Part shown: one piece after another, positions 10,908 to 23,646 of the stretch | Layout: every line of letters starts with the position of its first letter | Position numbering within the stretch: the first letter of the stretch is position 1 | Made by a program: the position numbers and the translations under genes | Notes under the pieces: generated by a model | Database searches by the model: none | Seen by the model: only the letters and a program-made list of their open reading frames with translations | What the model was told of the DNA's origin: nothing | Assembly (NCBI GenBank): GCA_036398375.1 | Contig: DASWPQ010000060.1 | Span: forward strand, 72,956-136,955 | Length of the DNA: 64,000 nucleotides | Source: Gryllotalpicola sp. | GTDB lineage: Bacteria; Actinomycetota; Actinomycetes; Actinomycetales; Microbacteriaceae | Reading direction: 5' to 3'

Positions 10908-12019
10908 GAGGGCTGACTCAGCCACTCGAGGTAGAAGGTGCCGATGCCGGCGGCGACGAGCAGACCGGCGATGATCCAGAACCGCACCACCACCGTCACC
11001 TCGGCCCAGCCCTTGAGCTCGAAGTGGTGGTGGATCGGACTCATCCGGAAGATGCGCTTGCCGTGCGTCACCTTGAAGTAGGCGCGCTGGATGATCACCG
11101 AGCCCGCCTCGATGACGAACAGTCCGCCGATCAGGATCAGCAGCAGCTCGGTGTGGCTCAGCACCGCGAGGGCCGTGAGCGCACCGCCGAGGGCGAGCGA
11201 GCCGGTGTCGCCGAGGAAGATCTGGGCCGGGCTCGTGTTCCACCACAGGAAGCCCACGAGCGCGCCCGTGATCGCGGCGGCCACGATGGCCAGCGCCAGC
11301 GGATCGTTGGTCGTGTAGCACTTGCTCAGGTTGTTCTGGTCGGTCGCCGCGCTGAAGCAGGACTGGTTGAACTGCCAGAAGCCGATGAAGATGTACGCAC
11401 CGATCGCCAGGATCGAGGCCCCGGGGGCGAGGCCGTCGAGGCCGTCCGTCACGTTCACGCCGTTGGTGGTCGCCGTGGCGAGCAGGTTGATCCAGATCAG
11501 GTACAGGATCACCGCGATCGCCGGGACGACGGTGGCGATCTTGGCGATGTCGAGGGCCGGGATGTCCCGCACCGCGGAGATGCCCATCGACGCCGGCGTG
11601 TAGCCGTACCGGTTCGGGAACTGGATCGCAAGCACCGCGAAGAGCGTCGCGACGATCACCTGGCCGGTGATCTTCGCCCAGCCGCCGAGCCCGAGGCTGC
11701 GCTGGTTGCGCACCTTGAGCAGGTCGTCGATGAAACCGACCGCGCCCATGCCGACGAGCATCAGCAGCACAAGCAGCGAGGGGGCCGAGATGCCGTCACC
11801 CCCGTACATCAGGCCGGAGACGAAGAATCCGAACATCGTCGCCAGGATGATGATGATGCCGCCCATGGTGGCGGTGCCCCGCTTGGCGTGGTGCGACTGG
11901 GGCCCGTCGTCGCGGATGAACTGGCCGAGCTGCAGCCGATGGAACAGCTTGACGAACAACGGAGTGAGGAAGAGCGAGAAGGCCAGGGCGAGACCGCCGG
12001 CTGTCAGAAGTGTCCTCAC
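10904..12019 (-). CDS. mraY: Phospho-MurNAc-pentapeptide transferase
   Basis: [39 protein letters not shown]. Confidence 0.98.
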   Translation of the reverse strand: MRTLLTAGGLALAFSLFLTPLFVKLFHRLQLGQFIRDDGPQSHHAKRGTATMGGIIIILATMFGFFVSGLMYGGDGISAPSLLVLLMLVGMGAVGFIDDLLKVRNQRSLGLGGWAKITGQVIVATLFAVLAIQFPNRYGYTPASMGISAVRDIPALDIAKIATVVPAIAVILYLIWINLLATATTNGVNVTDGLDGLAPGASILAIGAYIFIGFWQFNQSCFSAATDQNNLSKCYTTNDPLALAIVAAAITGALVGFLWWNTSPAQIFLGDTGSLALGGALTALAVLSHTELLLILIGGLFVIEAGSVIIQRAYFKVTHGKRIFRMSPIHHHFELKGWAEVTVVVRFWIIAGLLVAAGIGTFYLEWLSQPS

Positions 12020-13473
12020 GACAGTGATTCTCCCAGCCGGTCGCCGAGGAATCGCAATCCGGCGACCTTCGAGCTCTTCACGAGGATCGTGTCACCGGGC
12101 TGTGCGAGCGCCATGACGACGTCGTAGGCCTCCTCGGGGGTCTCCACATACTGCGATTCCTCCGAGAAGAAGGTGCCCTCGCGCATCGCCGAGATGTGCA
12201 TGCGTCGCGCGCCCGGCCCGACGGCGACGAGGCGGTCGATGCCGAGCACGACCACGTCAAGGCCGACCTTGTCGTGCTCCTCGCCCGCGTACTCCCCCAG
12301 CTCGGCCATCTCGCCGAGCACCGCGATGGTGCGGGCGCCGGGGCGCTTGAGCTTCGCGAGCGTGCGCAGCGCCGCCGCCACGGAGTCGGGGCTCGCGTTG
12401 TAGGCGTCGTTGATGACGGTGATGCCGTCGCGCCCCCCGAGCACCTCCATGCGCCAGCGCTCGGCGCGGCTGACCGCCTCGAGGCCGGCGACGATGTCGG
12501 CGAGGCCTACTCCGAGGGCGTGGGCGGTCGCCGCGGCCGCGAGCGCGTTCATCACGTGGTGCTCGCCGAGCACCTTGAAGGCGACCCGGGCCGCCGGCGC
12601 GTCCTGGGGGCTCTGACCGCCGGGGAGGACGAGCGTGAACGCCGTCCCCTCGGGGCTCAGCTCGATGTCGCGCGCCGTGACCTGCGCCCCCTGCGCCGGC
12701 GCGTGCTGGCCGAGCCCGAACCACAGCACCTCGCCGGCGCTCGTCTTCTCCGCCATCGCGGCCACACGGTGGTCGTCGGCGTTGAGCACGGCGACGCCGT
12801 CCGCGGGCAGCTCGGTGACCATCTCGGACTTCGCGAGCGCCGTCTGCTCGATGCCGCCGTACTCCCCCGCATGGGCGAGGCCGACCTTGAGCACCACGCC
12901 GACGTCCGGGTGCGCCATGCGCACGAGCCGGGCGATGTCGCCGACGTGGGCGGCGCCCATCTCGGAGACGAGGTAGCGCGTGGCATCCGTCACCTGGAGC
13001 ATCGTGATCGGCGCGCCGACCTCGTTGTTGAAGGAGCCCTGCGGGGCGACGGTCTCGCCGACCCGGCGCAGGATGCTGGCGAGCAGGTTCTTGGTCGTGG
13101 TCTTCCCGTTCGACCCCGTGATGCCGACGACCGTGAGCCCGCCGGCGGCGTGAGCGCGCGCGACGACCTCCGTCGCGAGGGCGCCGAGGGCGACCACGAC
13201 ATCGGGCACGATGATCTGCGGCGTGCCGGCGAGCTCCGGGAGCTCACGCTCGACGACGAGCAGTGCGGCGCCCCGTTCGACGGCCTGCGGCGCGAAGAGG
13301 TGCCCGTCGGTCGTCTCACCGGGCTTGGCGAAGAAGACGCCGCCGGGCTCGACCTCGCGGGAGTCTGTGGAGGAGGGGCCGGAGACGGTGCGCGAGGCAT
13401 CCGCCCCGCTGTGCCCGAGGTGAAGGGTTCCCGCGATCGCTGCGGCGATCTCGGCGAGGGTCAATTCGATCAT
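12016..13473 (-). CDS. murF: D-Ala-D-Ala adding enzyme MurF
   Basis: [42 protein letters not shown]. Confidence 0.96.
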   Translation of the reverse strand: MIELTLAEIAAAIAGTLHLGHSGADASRTVSGPSSTDSREVEPGGVFFAKPGETTDGHLFAPQAVERGAALLVVERELPELAGTPQIIVPDVVVALGALATEVVARAHAAGGLTVVGITGSNGKTTTKNLLASILRRVGETVAPQGSFNNEVGAPITMLQVTDATRYLVSEMGAAHVGDIARLVRMAHPDVGVVLKVGLAHAGEYGGIEQTALAKSEMVTELPADGVAVLNADDHRVAAMAEKTSAGEVLWFGLGQHAPAQGAQVTARDIELSPEGTAFTLVLPGGQSPQDAPAARVAFKVLGEHHVMNALAAAATAHALGVGLADIVAGLEAVSRAERWRMEVLGGRDGITVINDAYNASPDSVAAALRTLAKLKRPGARTIAVLGEMAELGEYAGEEHDKVGLDVVVLGIDRLVAVGPGARRMHISAMREGTFFSEESQYVETPEEAYDVVMALAQPGDTILVKSSKVAGLRFLGDRLGESLS

Positions 13474-13480
13474 TCAGATT

Positions 13481-15289
13481 TCACTGGTGGTAAGGCGGCA
13501 GCATGCTCGGTGCGCTGTCGGATGGGCTGACGCGGTACGTCTTGAGCACCTGGCTCATCACGGTGTGGAACAGCGGAGCCGCCGCCGGCGACATCCCGCC
13601 CATTTTAGTCGGGTAGCCGATGTTGACCGACACGAGGTACTGGGGGTCGTCGACGGGGGCGACGCCCATGACCGAGACGTAGTACTCGCCCTTGATGTAG
13701 CCGGAGCCGTTCGGGTTCGGCTCCTGCGCCGTGCCGGTCTTTGCCGCGATGCGGTAGCCGGGCGTCTTCAGCTTGGGCGCGTTCTCGCCCTGCTGCACGA
13801 CCGACTCGAGCATGTCGAGCATGGTCGTGGAGGTCGACTGCTTGATCACCCGAGTCGTCTTCTTCTCCGGCTGCTGGGTCAGCGTGCCGTCCGCCTGCTG
13901 GCAGCCCTTCACGAGCGACAGCGGCACCATCACCCCGCCGTTGGCCATCGCCTGGTAGGCCTGCAGCATCTGCGCCTGCGTGGCCGAGAGGCCCTGGCCG
14001 AACATCGTCGTGAACTTCGTCTGCACGTCCCAGCCGCTCGGCTTGCTCAGGATGCCGCTCGCCTGCGCCGGGAAGGCGACGGCGGTCGGGCTGCCGATGC
14101 CGAACTTCCGGTAGTAGTCGTACCGGGTCTGGTCCGACATGTTCTGGCCGAGCTCCGAGATGCCGACGTTGGACGAGTTCATGAGGATGCCCGTGAGCGT
14201 CATGTCCTCCGTGGGGTGCCACTCGGAGTCGGAGAGCTGGGCGCCGCCCGGGGTGGAGAAGGTGTACGGCGTGACGACGTGCGAGGAGGGGCTCGCGTAG
14301 CCCGTGTCGACCATGGCGGCGGCCGTCAGCGCCTTGAACGTCGAGCCCGGCTCGTACATGTTCGAGAACATCATGGCGGTGCTGCGGTACGCCGCCGGCA
14401 CACTGTCGATGTCGTTGGGATCGACGGAGGGGTACTGCGCGGCCGCCTTGATCTCGCCGGTCTTGATGTCGACGACCGTGGCCTGGCCGAACTGCGCCCC
14501 GAGCGAGCCCACCGTCTGGGCGAGGTTCTGGTTGAGGAACCAGGTGAGGTCGGAGTTCAGCGTCGTCACGAGCGTGCCGCCCTGCTTCGCGGCCTTGGTC
14601 ACCTTCGTGCTGCCGGGGATGGCCACGCCGTCCTGGCTGCGCAGATAGGTCTCCTCGCCGTTGCCGCCCTGCAGGCACTGCTGGTACTGCTGCTCGAGAC
14701 CCTCCGCACCCTGCCCGGCCGAGTTGATGTAACCGACGATGTTGCCGCCCACCGCGCCGTCCGGGTAGGTGCGCGAGGGGTGGCTGACGGGGGTCAGCCA
14801 GGGGATCTTGAGCGCCTGGATCTTGTCGAAGGTGGGCACGTCGACGTTCTTGACGAGCGGCGCGTACTGCGACTGCGCGTTCACCTTGAGCGCCGCGGTG
14901 AAGTCGGCGATGAAGCTCTTCACGGGCGTGCCGGTGATCTGCGAGAGCTTCGCCAGCACGGGGTCCGCGGCGAGCTTCGCGAGTGCCTGGTCCTGCGGCA
15001 GCGTCTCGTTCTTGGCGTTCGTGTACTCGCTGAGCGCGTTGACGGGCGAGGCGATGAAGTCGTAGCGCAGCACGCTGCCGGCCATCACCGTGCCGTCGTC
15101 CGAGACGATGTCGCCGCGGGCACCGTAGAGCGTGATCGCCGTTCCACGCCGTTCGGCCGCCTGGGCGGTCAGCGCGCTCGCCTGCACCACCTGGATGTCG
15201 AAGAGCTTGTAGACGAGGCTGACGACGACGGCCAGCACGAGCAGCAGGGCGAAGCTGGTGCGGCGCCTGGTCGATTTCCTGGCCTTCAC
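13481..15289 (-). CDS. ftsI: Class B PBP FtsI/PBP3
   Basis: EPGSTFK (SxxK), SSN (SxN), KTGTAQ; N-terminal TM. Confidence 0.95.
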   Translation of the reverse strand: MKARKSTRRRTSFALLLVLAVVVSLVYKLFDIQVVQASALTAQAAERRGTAITLYGARGDIVSDDGTVMAGSVLRYDFIASPVNALSEYTNAKNETLPQDQALAKLAADPVLAKLSQITGTPVKSFIADFTAALKVNAQSQYAPLVKNVDVPTFDKIQALKIPWLTPVSHPSRTYPDGAVGGNIVGYINSAGQGAEGLEQQYQQCLQGGNGEETYLRSQDGVAIPGSTKVTKAAKQGGTLVTTLNSDLTWFLNQNLAQTVGSLGAQFGQATVVDIKTGEIKAAAQYPSVDPNDIDSVPAAYRSTAMMFSNMYEPGSTFKALTAAAMVDTGYASPSSHVVTPYTFSTPGGAQLSDSEWHPTEDMTLTGILMNSSNVGISELGQNMSDQTRYDYYRKFGIGSPTAVAFPAQASGILSKPSGWDVQTKFTTMFGQGLSATQAQMLQAYQAMANGGVMVPLSLVKGCQQADGTLTQQPEKKTTRVIKQSTSTTMLDMLESVVQQGENAPKLKTPGYRIAAKTGTAQEPNPNGSGYIKGEYYVSVMGVAPVDDPQYLVSVNIGYPTKMGGMSPAAAPLFHTVMSQVLKTYRVSPSDSAPSMLPPYHQ

Positions 15290-15329
15290 AACGGCTCCCC
15301 TCCTCGCCCCGTGCCTGCGGCTGAGCTGC

Positions 15330-16007
15330 TCAATGCGTGCTCGGCGCGGGCAGCGGCCCGCTCCACGCTACGGGTCCGTTCTGCTGAGGGTCGACATTCG
15401 CGACCGGTGTGCCCGGATTCGAGGTGTGAGCGGATTTCTGCGGGGCCGGGGATGCCTGCGGGGAGGTGGCGTCCGTCACCACCTGCGACGGGGTCGCGCC
15501 CTTCGCGGTGACGAGCGGCACCCCGTCCAGCAGCGCGTTCGGCACGAGCGGCTTGTCGGTCGTGCCCGGGGCGGCGGCGGATCCGCCCGCCGGGGTGGGC
15601 GAGCCGATGACCTGGCCGTTCGAGAGGCGCAGGTACACGGGGGTGCCGTTCGCGACCATGCCGAGGGCGCCCGCATTGGCGGCGAGGTTCTGCGGGCTGG
15701 ACAGCCGGTCGCTCGCCTCCGAGGCGGCCTGGTCGTCGCGGCTGAGCTGCTTCTGCTGCTGCTGCAGCGAGTTCAGCTGGTAGGCGCCGTTGGAGACCCC
15801 GATGCTCAGCGCGAGCTGAGCGATGACGACGAGCACGAGCGCGCTGACGGCGATGCCGGCGTACAGCAGGCGCGGGCGCTGCCTGTGGCCGGTCGGGGCG
15901 GCGACGGGGGCGAGCAGCCCGCGGCGGCGCTCCTCGCGGCTCGGCAGCGGGAGCTGCGACACCCAGGGATGCTCCTCGATGACCGCCGTGTTGCCGTTCG
16001 TGCTCAT
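15330..16007 (-). CDS. ftsL: FtsL-like septal protein
   Basis: Single TM plus coiled coil, [13 protein letters not shown]; between rsmH and ftsI. Confidence 0.78.
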   Translation of the reverse strand: MSTNGNTAVIEEHPWVSQLPLPSREERRRGLLAPVAAPTGHRQRPRLLYAGIAVSALVLVVIAQLALSIGVSNGAYQLNSLQQQQKQLSRDDQAASEASDRLSSPQNLAANAGALGMVANGTPVYLRLSNGQVIGSPTPAGGSAAAPGTTDKPLVPNALLDGVPLVTAKGATPSQVVTDATSPQASPAPQKSAHTSNPGTPVANVDPQQNGPVAWSGPLPAPSTH

Positions 16008-16957
16008 GCCGCCTCCTTCACTCGCTCTGCGGCGCGCAGGCGCACGGGGGCGCTGCGCGGGTTCCTGGCCTTCTCCTCCGCGCTCGCGAGCTCGGCGCCG
16101 CGGGTCAGCAGCACGAGCTCGGGGCGGTGCTCGGGCAGCTCCACGGGCAGGCCGACCGGTGCGGTCGACGTCGACCGCGCCTGGAGCGCCCGCTTGACGA
16201 TCCGGTCCTCGAGGGACTGATAGGACATCACGACGAGCCGGCCGCCGAGGTTGAGCGCGGCGATGGCCCGCGGCATGGCACGTTCGAGCACCGCGAGCTC
16301 CTGGTTGACCTCGATGCGCAGCGCCTGGAACACCCGCTTCGCGGGATGCCCCTGCTTGCTGATCGCGGCGGGCGTGGCGGCCTGCAGGATGTCCACGAGC
16401 TGCGCCGTGCGGGTGATCGGATGCTTCGCCCGCTCGCTCACGATGCGTGCGGCGTAGCGCTGCGCGAGCTTCTCCTCGCCGTATTCGCGGAAGATGCGCC
16501 GCAGCGCCTCCTCCGGGTAGTCGGCGATGATGCGCTCGGCGGTGAGGTCCGCGGTCGTGTCCATGCGCATGTCCAGCGGCGCGTCCTTGGAGTACGAGAA
16601 GCCCCGCTCGGGCAGGTCGAGTTGCATCGAGCTCACGCCCAGGTCGTAGAGGGCGCCGTCGATGGCGTCGAAGCCGAGCTCCTCGAGCGCCGCGTCGATG
16701 CCGTCATAGCTCGTGTGCACGGGGCGGAAGCGCTCGCCGAAGCGGGCGAGACGCTCGCCCGCGAGGCGCAGCGCCTCGGGGTCGCGGTCGAGGCCGACGA
16801 GGGTCAGGCCGGGGAAGCGCTCGAGCATCGCCTCGGCGTGACCGCCGAGCCCGAGCGTCGCGTCGACGACGACGGCGTCCGGCCGGCCGATCGCGGGGCC
16901 GAGCAGCTCGAGGCAGCGCTCGAGCATCACGGGGACGTGCAGTTTGCGGGGGTCCAT
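16004..16957 (-). CDS. rsmH: 16S rRNA m4C1402 methyltransferase
   Basis: [37 protein letters not shown]. Confidence 0.98.
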   Translation of the reverse strand: MDPRKLHVPVMLERCLELLGPAIGRPDAVVVDATLGLGGHAEAMLERFPGLTLVGLDRDPEALRLAGERLARFGERFRPVHTSYDGIDAALEELGFDAIDGALYDLGVSSMQLDLPERGFSYSKDAPLDMRMDTTADLTAERIIADYPEEALRRIFREYGEEKLAQRYAARIVSERAKHPITRTAQLVDILQAATPAAISKQGHPAKRVFQALRIEVNQELAVLERAMPRAIAALNLGGRLVVMSYQSLEDRIVKRALQARSTSTAPVGLPVELPEHRPELVLLTRGAELASAEEKARNPRSAPVRLRAAERVKEAA

Positions 16958-16984
16958 GGTTCCTGCGGGCGGGCCCGCCTGCCC

Positions 16985-17049
16985 TGATCCCCATCCATCC
17001 TGACGTGGCCGCGGGGAAGTCGGTCACGGCAGAGGATGGCTGGGAGTCA
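16985..17049 (-). ncRNA. mraW RNA motif (actinobacterial cis element)
   Basis: Long hairpin (CCATCCT/AGGATGG, CGTG/CACG) with CUUCCCC in the terminal loop, directly 5' of rsmH (mraW). Confidence 0.8.
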
Positions 17050-17060
17050 CGGCCTGCGGA

Positions 17061-17492
17061 CTAGAAGAGCCCGGGGATCACCTCCTCCGCGGTGTCGGAG
17101 AACGCGGCCTCCTGCTCGGCGAGGTATGCCGCCCAGGCCTGCGCGTCCCAGATCTCGGCGCGGCTGCCCGCGCCGATCACGGCCAGGTCCTTGCTCAGTC
17201 CCGCGTAGGCCCGCAGCGCCGGCGGGATCGAGATGCGGTTCTGCGCGTCGGGCTCCTCGTCACTCGCGCCGGAGAGGAACACGCGCAGGTAGTCGCGCGC
17301 CTGCTTGCTCGTGACCGGTGCCTGCCGGATGCGCTCGTGCATCGCCGCGAACTCGTCGCTGCTGAAGACGTAGATGCAGCGCTCCTGGCCGCGGGTGAGG
17401 ACGACGCCGCCCGCGAGCTCCGCGCGGAACTTCGCGGGGAGGATGACGCGCCCCTTGTCGTCGAGCTTCGGGGCGTAGGTGCCGAGGAGCAT
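17061..17492 (-). CDS. mraZ: Transcriptional repressor MraZ
   Basis: [37 protein letters not shown]. Confidence 0.97.
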   Translation of the reverse strand: MLLGTYAPKLDDKGRVILPAKFRAELAGGVVLTRGQERCIYVFSSDEFAAMHERIRQAPVTSKQARDYLRVFLSGASDEEPDAQNRISIPPALRAYAGLSKDLAVIGAGSRAEIWDAQAWAAYLAEQEAAFSDTAEEVIPGLF

Positions 17493-17524
17493 GCGGCGCC
17501 TCCCTTCCCCAGCTGACCGCGTTC

Positions 17525-17558
17525 CCAACTGCCCCCACGATACTCCACAATCCCCCAC
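17525..17558 (-). promoter_or_regulatory. MraZ-binding GTGG repeat array (proximal)
   Basis: Minus strand GTGG/GTGG/GTGG/TTGG at an exact 10-bp period. Confidence 0.75.
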
Positions 17559-17631
17559 CTACAAGCGATTGCGGTGTCTTTTGGGGGCATTTTCCAGACG
17601 CTCGTCCCCGGAATCTCGCGGAAGTCCGTCG

Positions 17632-17666
17632 GTGGAGGATGGTGGAGGGAATGTGGAGCAACTGGG
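17632..17666 (+). promoter_or_regulatory. MraZ-binding GTGG repeat array (distal, opposite orientation)
   Basis: GTGG at 17632, 17642, 17653 and CTGG at 17662. Confidence 0.6.
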
Positions 17667-17719
17667 GCAGGGAGCGCCCGCGCAGCGGGACCCGGTGGAG
17701 GCATCCGCCCGCCTAGGCC

Positions 17720-17795
17720 GCGGAGATGTGCCGATTCGTCGGATGCCTCGGGCCGACCGCTCCGCCGGACCGACCCATCTCCGCCGAATCGACCC
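17720..17795. repeat. Imperfect palindromic intergenic element
   Basis: 24-bp arms 17720-17743 and 17761-17784 (19/24 match), plus partial direct repeat to 17795. Confidence 0.55.
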
Positions 17796-17902
17796 GCGGG
17801 TGGCGCGAAGTGGAGGACCCGACCTCGGCCGCCCAGGCGCGTGCCGAGGGGCGCCGAGGGGTCCGGGCTGGTGCCGACGGGTCCGGGCGCATCCGGGCAC
17901 AG

Positions 17903-17932
17903 AAAAAGGGCCGGCCCGAATGGGCCGACCCT
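17903..17932 (-). terminator. Intrinsic terminator of the DUF3040 gene
   Basis: AGGGTCGGCCC-ATTC-GGGCCGGCCCT followed by a T run on the minus strand. Confidence 0.75.
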
Positions 17933-17956
17933 GGAGTCGTGATGCGGATGCCGGAG

Positions 17957-18355
17957 CTACCGCTCGCCGTCCTGACGCTTGTCCCAGCGCTCGTTGAGCC
18001 GGTCCATGAAGTCGGCGGAGGACGAGGGCCGCTGCGCCCCGCGCCCCGAATGCTGGTCGTCGGGGGCCGCGAACAGCTTGTCGTCCGCACGCCGACGACG
18101 TGGGGTGATCGCCAGCAGAACGCCGGCGAGCATCAGCACGAAGCCGAGGATGCCGACCAACGGCTGCGGGACGAAGACACCCGTGATCAGCGTGGCGACA
18201 CCGACGACCGCGACGAGCACACCGAGCACGATGGCCCGGTAGGCGGGCCGACGGCGCGGGGCCTGACTGATATTCGCGACGAAGTCCGCATCGTTCTGGT
18301 AGAGGTTGCGCTCCATCTCATCGAGGAGGCGCTGCTCGTGCTCCGAAAGCGGCAT
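17957..18355 (-). CDS. DUF3040 family membrane protein
   Basis: MPLSEHEQRLLDEMERNL..D, two TMs, FMDRLNERWDKR; usual neighbour of mraZ. Confidence 0.9.
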   Translation of the reverse strand: MPLSEHEQRLLDEMERNLYQNDADFVANISQAPRRRPAYRAIVLGVLVAVVGVATLITGVFVPQPLVGILGFVLMLAGVLLAITPRRRRADDKLFAAPDDQHSGRGAQRPSSSADFMDRLNERWDKRQDGER

Positions 18356-18448
18356 CCCGATCCCCTCTTCTTCAGCTTTGATGCGTGCTGGTGACGCCCA
18401 AGTCTAATCGCGCCGATCCCGGTCGGCTAGGGCCGGTAATCTAAGCGA

Positions 18449-19552
18449 GTGGCGGAAAGCGTGAAACTCGTCGATCTGGTACAGGCCCGTCTCGACCGGT
18501 TCATCGTTGACCGCTCATCTATTGTCGCGAGCGTCGGCCCGGATGTGACCGCGCTGATCGACGACTCGCGGCACTTTCTCAGCGGTGGCAAGCGGTTCCG
18601 GGCGCAGTTCTGCCACTGGGGCTGGCGGGCCGTCTCCGGGGTGCGCGAGACACCCGTCACCCAGCGCGAGCTGGATGCCATCGTGGGGGTCGCCAGCGCC
18701 CTCGAGCTCTTCCATGCCGCAGCGCTCGTGCACGACGACGTGATCGACCGCTCGGACACGCGCCGAGGCGAGCCGAGCGCGCATCGCCGCTTCTCCGCGA
18801 CCCACGAGGAGCGCCGCTGGGCAGGCGACGCGGGCGCCTTCGGGACCTCCGCCGCGATCCTGCTCGGCGACCTGCTGCTCGGCTGGAGCGACGAGCTGCT
18901 GGATGAGTCGCTCGGCGAGCTCGCCGAGCCGTCCCGCGCTCGGGCCGCGCGCCGCCTGTTCAACACCATGCGCACCGACGTCACGGCCGGCCAGTACCTC
19001 GACGTGCTGGAGGAGAGCGCGTGGGTGGAACGGGACGAGCGCGAGCTGCTGCGGGCCGCGGAGCGCGTGATCGTGTTCAAGTCGGCCAAGTACTCGATCG
19101 AGGCGCCGCTGCAGATCGGCGCCGCGCTCGCCGGCGCGAGCGAGACCCAGCTCGACACGCTGAGCGCCTTCGGCCTGCCGCTCGGCATCGCCTTCCAGCT
19201 CCGCGACGACCTGCTCGGCGTCTTCGGGGATGCCGCCGTCACGGGCAAGCCGAGCGGCGACGATCTGCGCGAGGGCAAGCGCACCGTGCTCGTCGCGCTC
19301 ACGCGGGCGAAGGTCTCGGCCTCGGTGCGCCGCGCCTTCGACGAGCTGCTCGGCGACCCCGGGCTGGACATCGAGCAGGTGCTGATGCTGCAGGGCGCCA
19401 TGCGCGACTCCGGCGCCGTCGACGAGGTGGAGCGCATCATCGACCACGAGGTGGGCCGCGCCAATGCGGCACTGGACGAGGCATCCCTCGCTCCCGAGGC
19501 CATCGCCGCGCTGCGTCAGCTCACGCACCGCGTGACGAGCCGAGACAGCTGA
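18449..19552 (+). CDS. Polyprenyl (GGPP) diphosphate synthase
   Basis: GGKRFR, LVHDDVID..RRG, FQLRDD, DDLREGKRT. Confidence 0.95.
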   Translation: MAESVKLVDLVQARLDRFIVDRSSIVASVGPDVTALIDDSRHFLSGGKRFRAQFCHWGWRAVSGVRETPVTQRELDAIVGVASALELFHAAALVHDDVIDRSDTRRGEPSAHRRFSATHEERRWAGDAGAFGTSAAILLGDLLLGWSDELLDESLGELAEPSRARAARRLFNTMRTDVTAGQYLDVLEESAWVERDERELLRAAERVIVFKSAKYSIEAPLQIGAALAGASETQLDTLSAFGLPLGIAFQLRDDLLGVFGDAAVTGKPSGDDLREGKRTVLVALTRAKVSASVRRAFDELLGDPGLDIEQVLMLQGAMRDSGAVDEVERIIDHEVGRANAALDEASLAPEAIAALRQLTHRVTSRDS

Positions 19553-19704
19553 CTGCGGCGGCGCCCCCCGGTCGCCCGCGGCGGCGGCTCACCGGTCGCG
19601 CTGCTCGGATCCGAGGCGCGCACTCGTGTTCCGAGCAGCGCAAGCCGCCGATTCCGAACGCAACACGCCCCGCGAGCGAGCGGGGACCGGTGCCCGGGCG
19701 CCCG

Positions 19705-20046
19705 CTACGCGAGTGCCTGGGCCACCCGGCGCACCTCGGTCTTGCGGCCGCTGCGGAGGGCGTCGATGGGGGCCGCGCCGAGCGCTTCCTCCGGGTCGAG
19801 CAGCCACCGCATCGCCTCCTCGTCGCTGAAGCCGGCATCGGCCAGCACGATCAGGGTGCCGCGCAGCTCGCCGAGCGGCTCGTTGCCGCTCAGGAAGTCG
19901 GCGGGCACCACGAGCACCCCGTCGCGCCGGGCGGCGAGCAGGTGCCTGTCTTCGATGAGTCGACGCACGCGTGACGGCGGAACCCCGAGGATCTCGACGA
20001 GCTCGGGCACGGTCAGCCAGGTGCGTTTGGACGACGGATCTGCCAT
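19705..20046 (-). CDS. Rv2175c-family DNA-binding protein
   Basis: WLTVPELVEILG HTH; LRGTLIVLADAGF, EVRRVAQALA; divergent from the kinase. Confidence 0.9.
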   Translation of the reverse strand: MADPSSKRTWLTVPELVEILGVPPSRVRRLIEDRHLLAARRDGVLVVPADFLSGNEPLGELRGTLIVLADAGFSDEEAMRWLLDPEEALGAAPIDALRSGRKTEVRRVAQALA

Positions 20047-20140
20047 GGAGAAAATCGTGCCATGACTTGAGCACGGGGCGTTCACCGGATTCTGACGTGT
20101 CGGGAAGGACGCGGAATATATCGCTACCTAGACTCGTGGG

Positions 20141-22135
<1,995 letters not shown>

Positions 22136-22207
22136 GCGCCCGGATGCCTGAACGCCCGGGTGGCTGAGCAGCCGGGCCGCCCCGGACCGGGCTGAGCCCG
22201 GCCGGTC

Positions 22208-23581
22208 TCAGCCCTTCGCGAGCTCCTCGGCCACGAGGAAGGCGAGCTCGAGCGACTGCATGTGGTTCAGGCGCGGGTCGCACAGCGACTCGTAGCGGGT
22301 CGCGAGGGTCTCCTCGTCGATCATCTCGCTGCCGCCGAGGCACTCGGTCACGTCGTCCCCGGTGAGCTCGACGTGGATGCCGCCGGGATGCGTCCCGGTC
22401 GCACGGTGCGCCTCGAAGAATCCCTTCACCTCGTCCACGACGTCGTCGAAGCGGCGGGTCTTGTAGCCCGTGGGGGTCGTGATGCCGTTGCCGTGCATGG
22501 GGTCGGTGACCCACAGCGGGTGCGCATCGGAGGCCTTGACGGCCTCGAGCAGCGGCGGCAGCGCGTCCCGGATCTTCCCGGCACCCATCCGCGTGATGAA
22601 GGTGAGCCGGCCGGGCTCACGCTCCGGGTCGAGCTTGTCGATGAGCCGGAACACGTCGTCGGCGCTCGTCGTCGGCCCGAGCTTGACGCCGATGGGGTTG
22701 CGCACGCGGGAGAGGAAGTCGACGTGGGCGCCGTCGATGTCGCGGGTGCGCTCGCCGATCCAGAGGAAATGGCTCGACACGTCGTACGGCGTGCCGGTGC
22801 GCGAGTCGATGCGCGTGAGCGGGCGCTCGTAGTCCATCAGCAGTGCCTCGTGGCTCGCATAGAACTCGACGCTCTTGATCTCGTCGAAGTTGGCGCCCGC
22901 CGCCTCCATGAACTTGATGGCGCGGTCGATCTCGCGCGCGAGCCCCTCGTAGCGGACGTTGGCCGGGTTCTCGGCGAAGCCGCGGTTCCAGCTGTGCACC
23001 TCGCGCAGATCGGCGAAGCCGCCCTGGGTGAACGCACGGATCAGGTTCAGGGTGGATGCCGCCGTGTGGTAGCCCTTGATGAGGCGCGCGGGGTCCGCCT
23101 GACGCGACTCCGGCGTGAAGTCGTAGCCGTTGACGATGTCGCCGCGGTAGGCCGGCAGGGTGACATCCCCCCGCGTCTCGGTGTCGCTGGAGCGGGGCTT
23201 GGCGAACTGCCCGGCCATCCGCCCCATCTTGATGACGGGCATCGAGGCGCCGTAGGTGAGCACCACGGCCATCTGCAGCACGGTCTTGACGCGGTTGCGG
23301 ATCTGGTCGGCTGTGGCGCCCGCGAAGGTCTCGGCGCAGTCGCCGCCCTGCAGCAGGAACGCCTTCCCGCTCGCGGCGACGGCGAGCCGGTCGCGCAGCT
23401 GGTCGACCTCGCCGGCGAACACGAGCGGGGGCAGCGTTGCGAGCTCGGCGCTCGCGGCCTGGACGACGTCGGCGTCGGGCCAGCTGGGCTGCTGCTTGAT
23501 GGGCAGCGTCCGCCAGTGATCGAGGCCCGCGAGCACGAAGGGATCGGGGAGGACGGCGGGGGGTTCGACCACGGAAGTCAT
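22208..23581 (-). CDS. aroG: Class II DAHP synthase
   Basis: LLQGGDCAE, GRMAGQFAKPRS, WIGERTR, DPMHGN, CDPRLN. Confidence 0.97.
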   Translation of the reverse strand: MTSVVEPPAVLPDPFVLAGLDHWRTLPIKQQPSWPDADVVQAASAELATLPPLVFAGEVDQLRDRLAVAASGKAFLLQGGDCAETFAGATADQIRNRVKTVLQMAVVLTYGASMPVIKMGRMAGQFAKPRSSDTETRGDVTLPAYRGDIVNGYDFTPESRQADPARLIKGYHTAASTLNLIRAFTQGGFADLREVHSWNRGFAENPANVRYEGLAREIDRAIKFMEAAGANFDEIKSVEFYASHEALLMDYERPLTRIDSRTGTPYDVSSHFLWIGERTRDIDGAHVDFLSRVRNPIGVKLGPTTSADDVFRLIDKLDPEREPGRLTFITRMGAGKIRDALPPLLEAVKASDAHPLWVTDPMHGNGITTPTGYKTRRFDDVVDEVKGFFEAHRATGTHPGGIHVELTGDDVTECLGGSEMIDEETLATRYESLCDPRLNHMQSLELAFLVAEELAKG

Positions 23582-23646
23582 AGTTCTCCGATTTTATGGG
23601 CTCGGTGCGGGCTTGGTGCCGGCTTGGTGCGGTGGGGCTCGGCGGC

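Noticed and set aside
10908-11321. Extended murD ORF (666 aa)
   Set aside because: Out-of-frame overlap with mraY; the ATGA coupling at 10904-10907 marks the start.
18449-19552. Carotenoid cluster (prenyl synthase plus the phytoene-dehydrogenase-like gene at the window end)
   Set aside because: The genes are 43 kb apart, no crtB is present, and the synthase is in its usual core position.
19600-19640. 10-bp inverted repeat between the convergent prenyl synthase and Rv2175c-like genes
   Set aside because: Most simply an ordinary bidirectional terminator-like hairpin.
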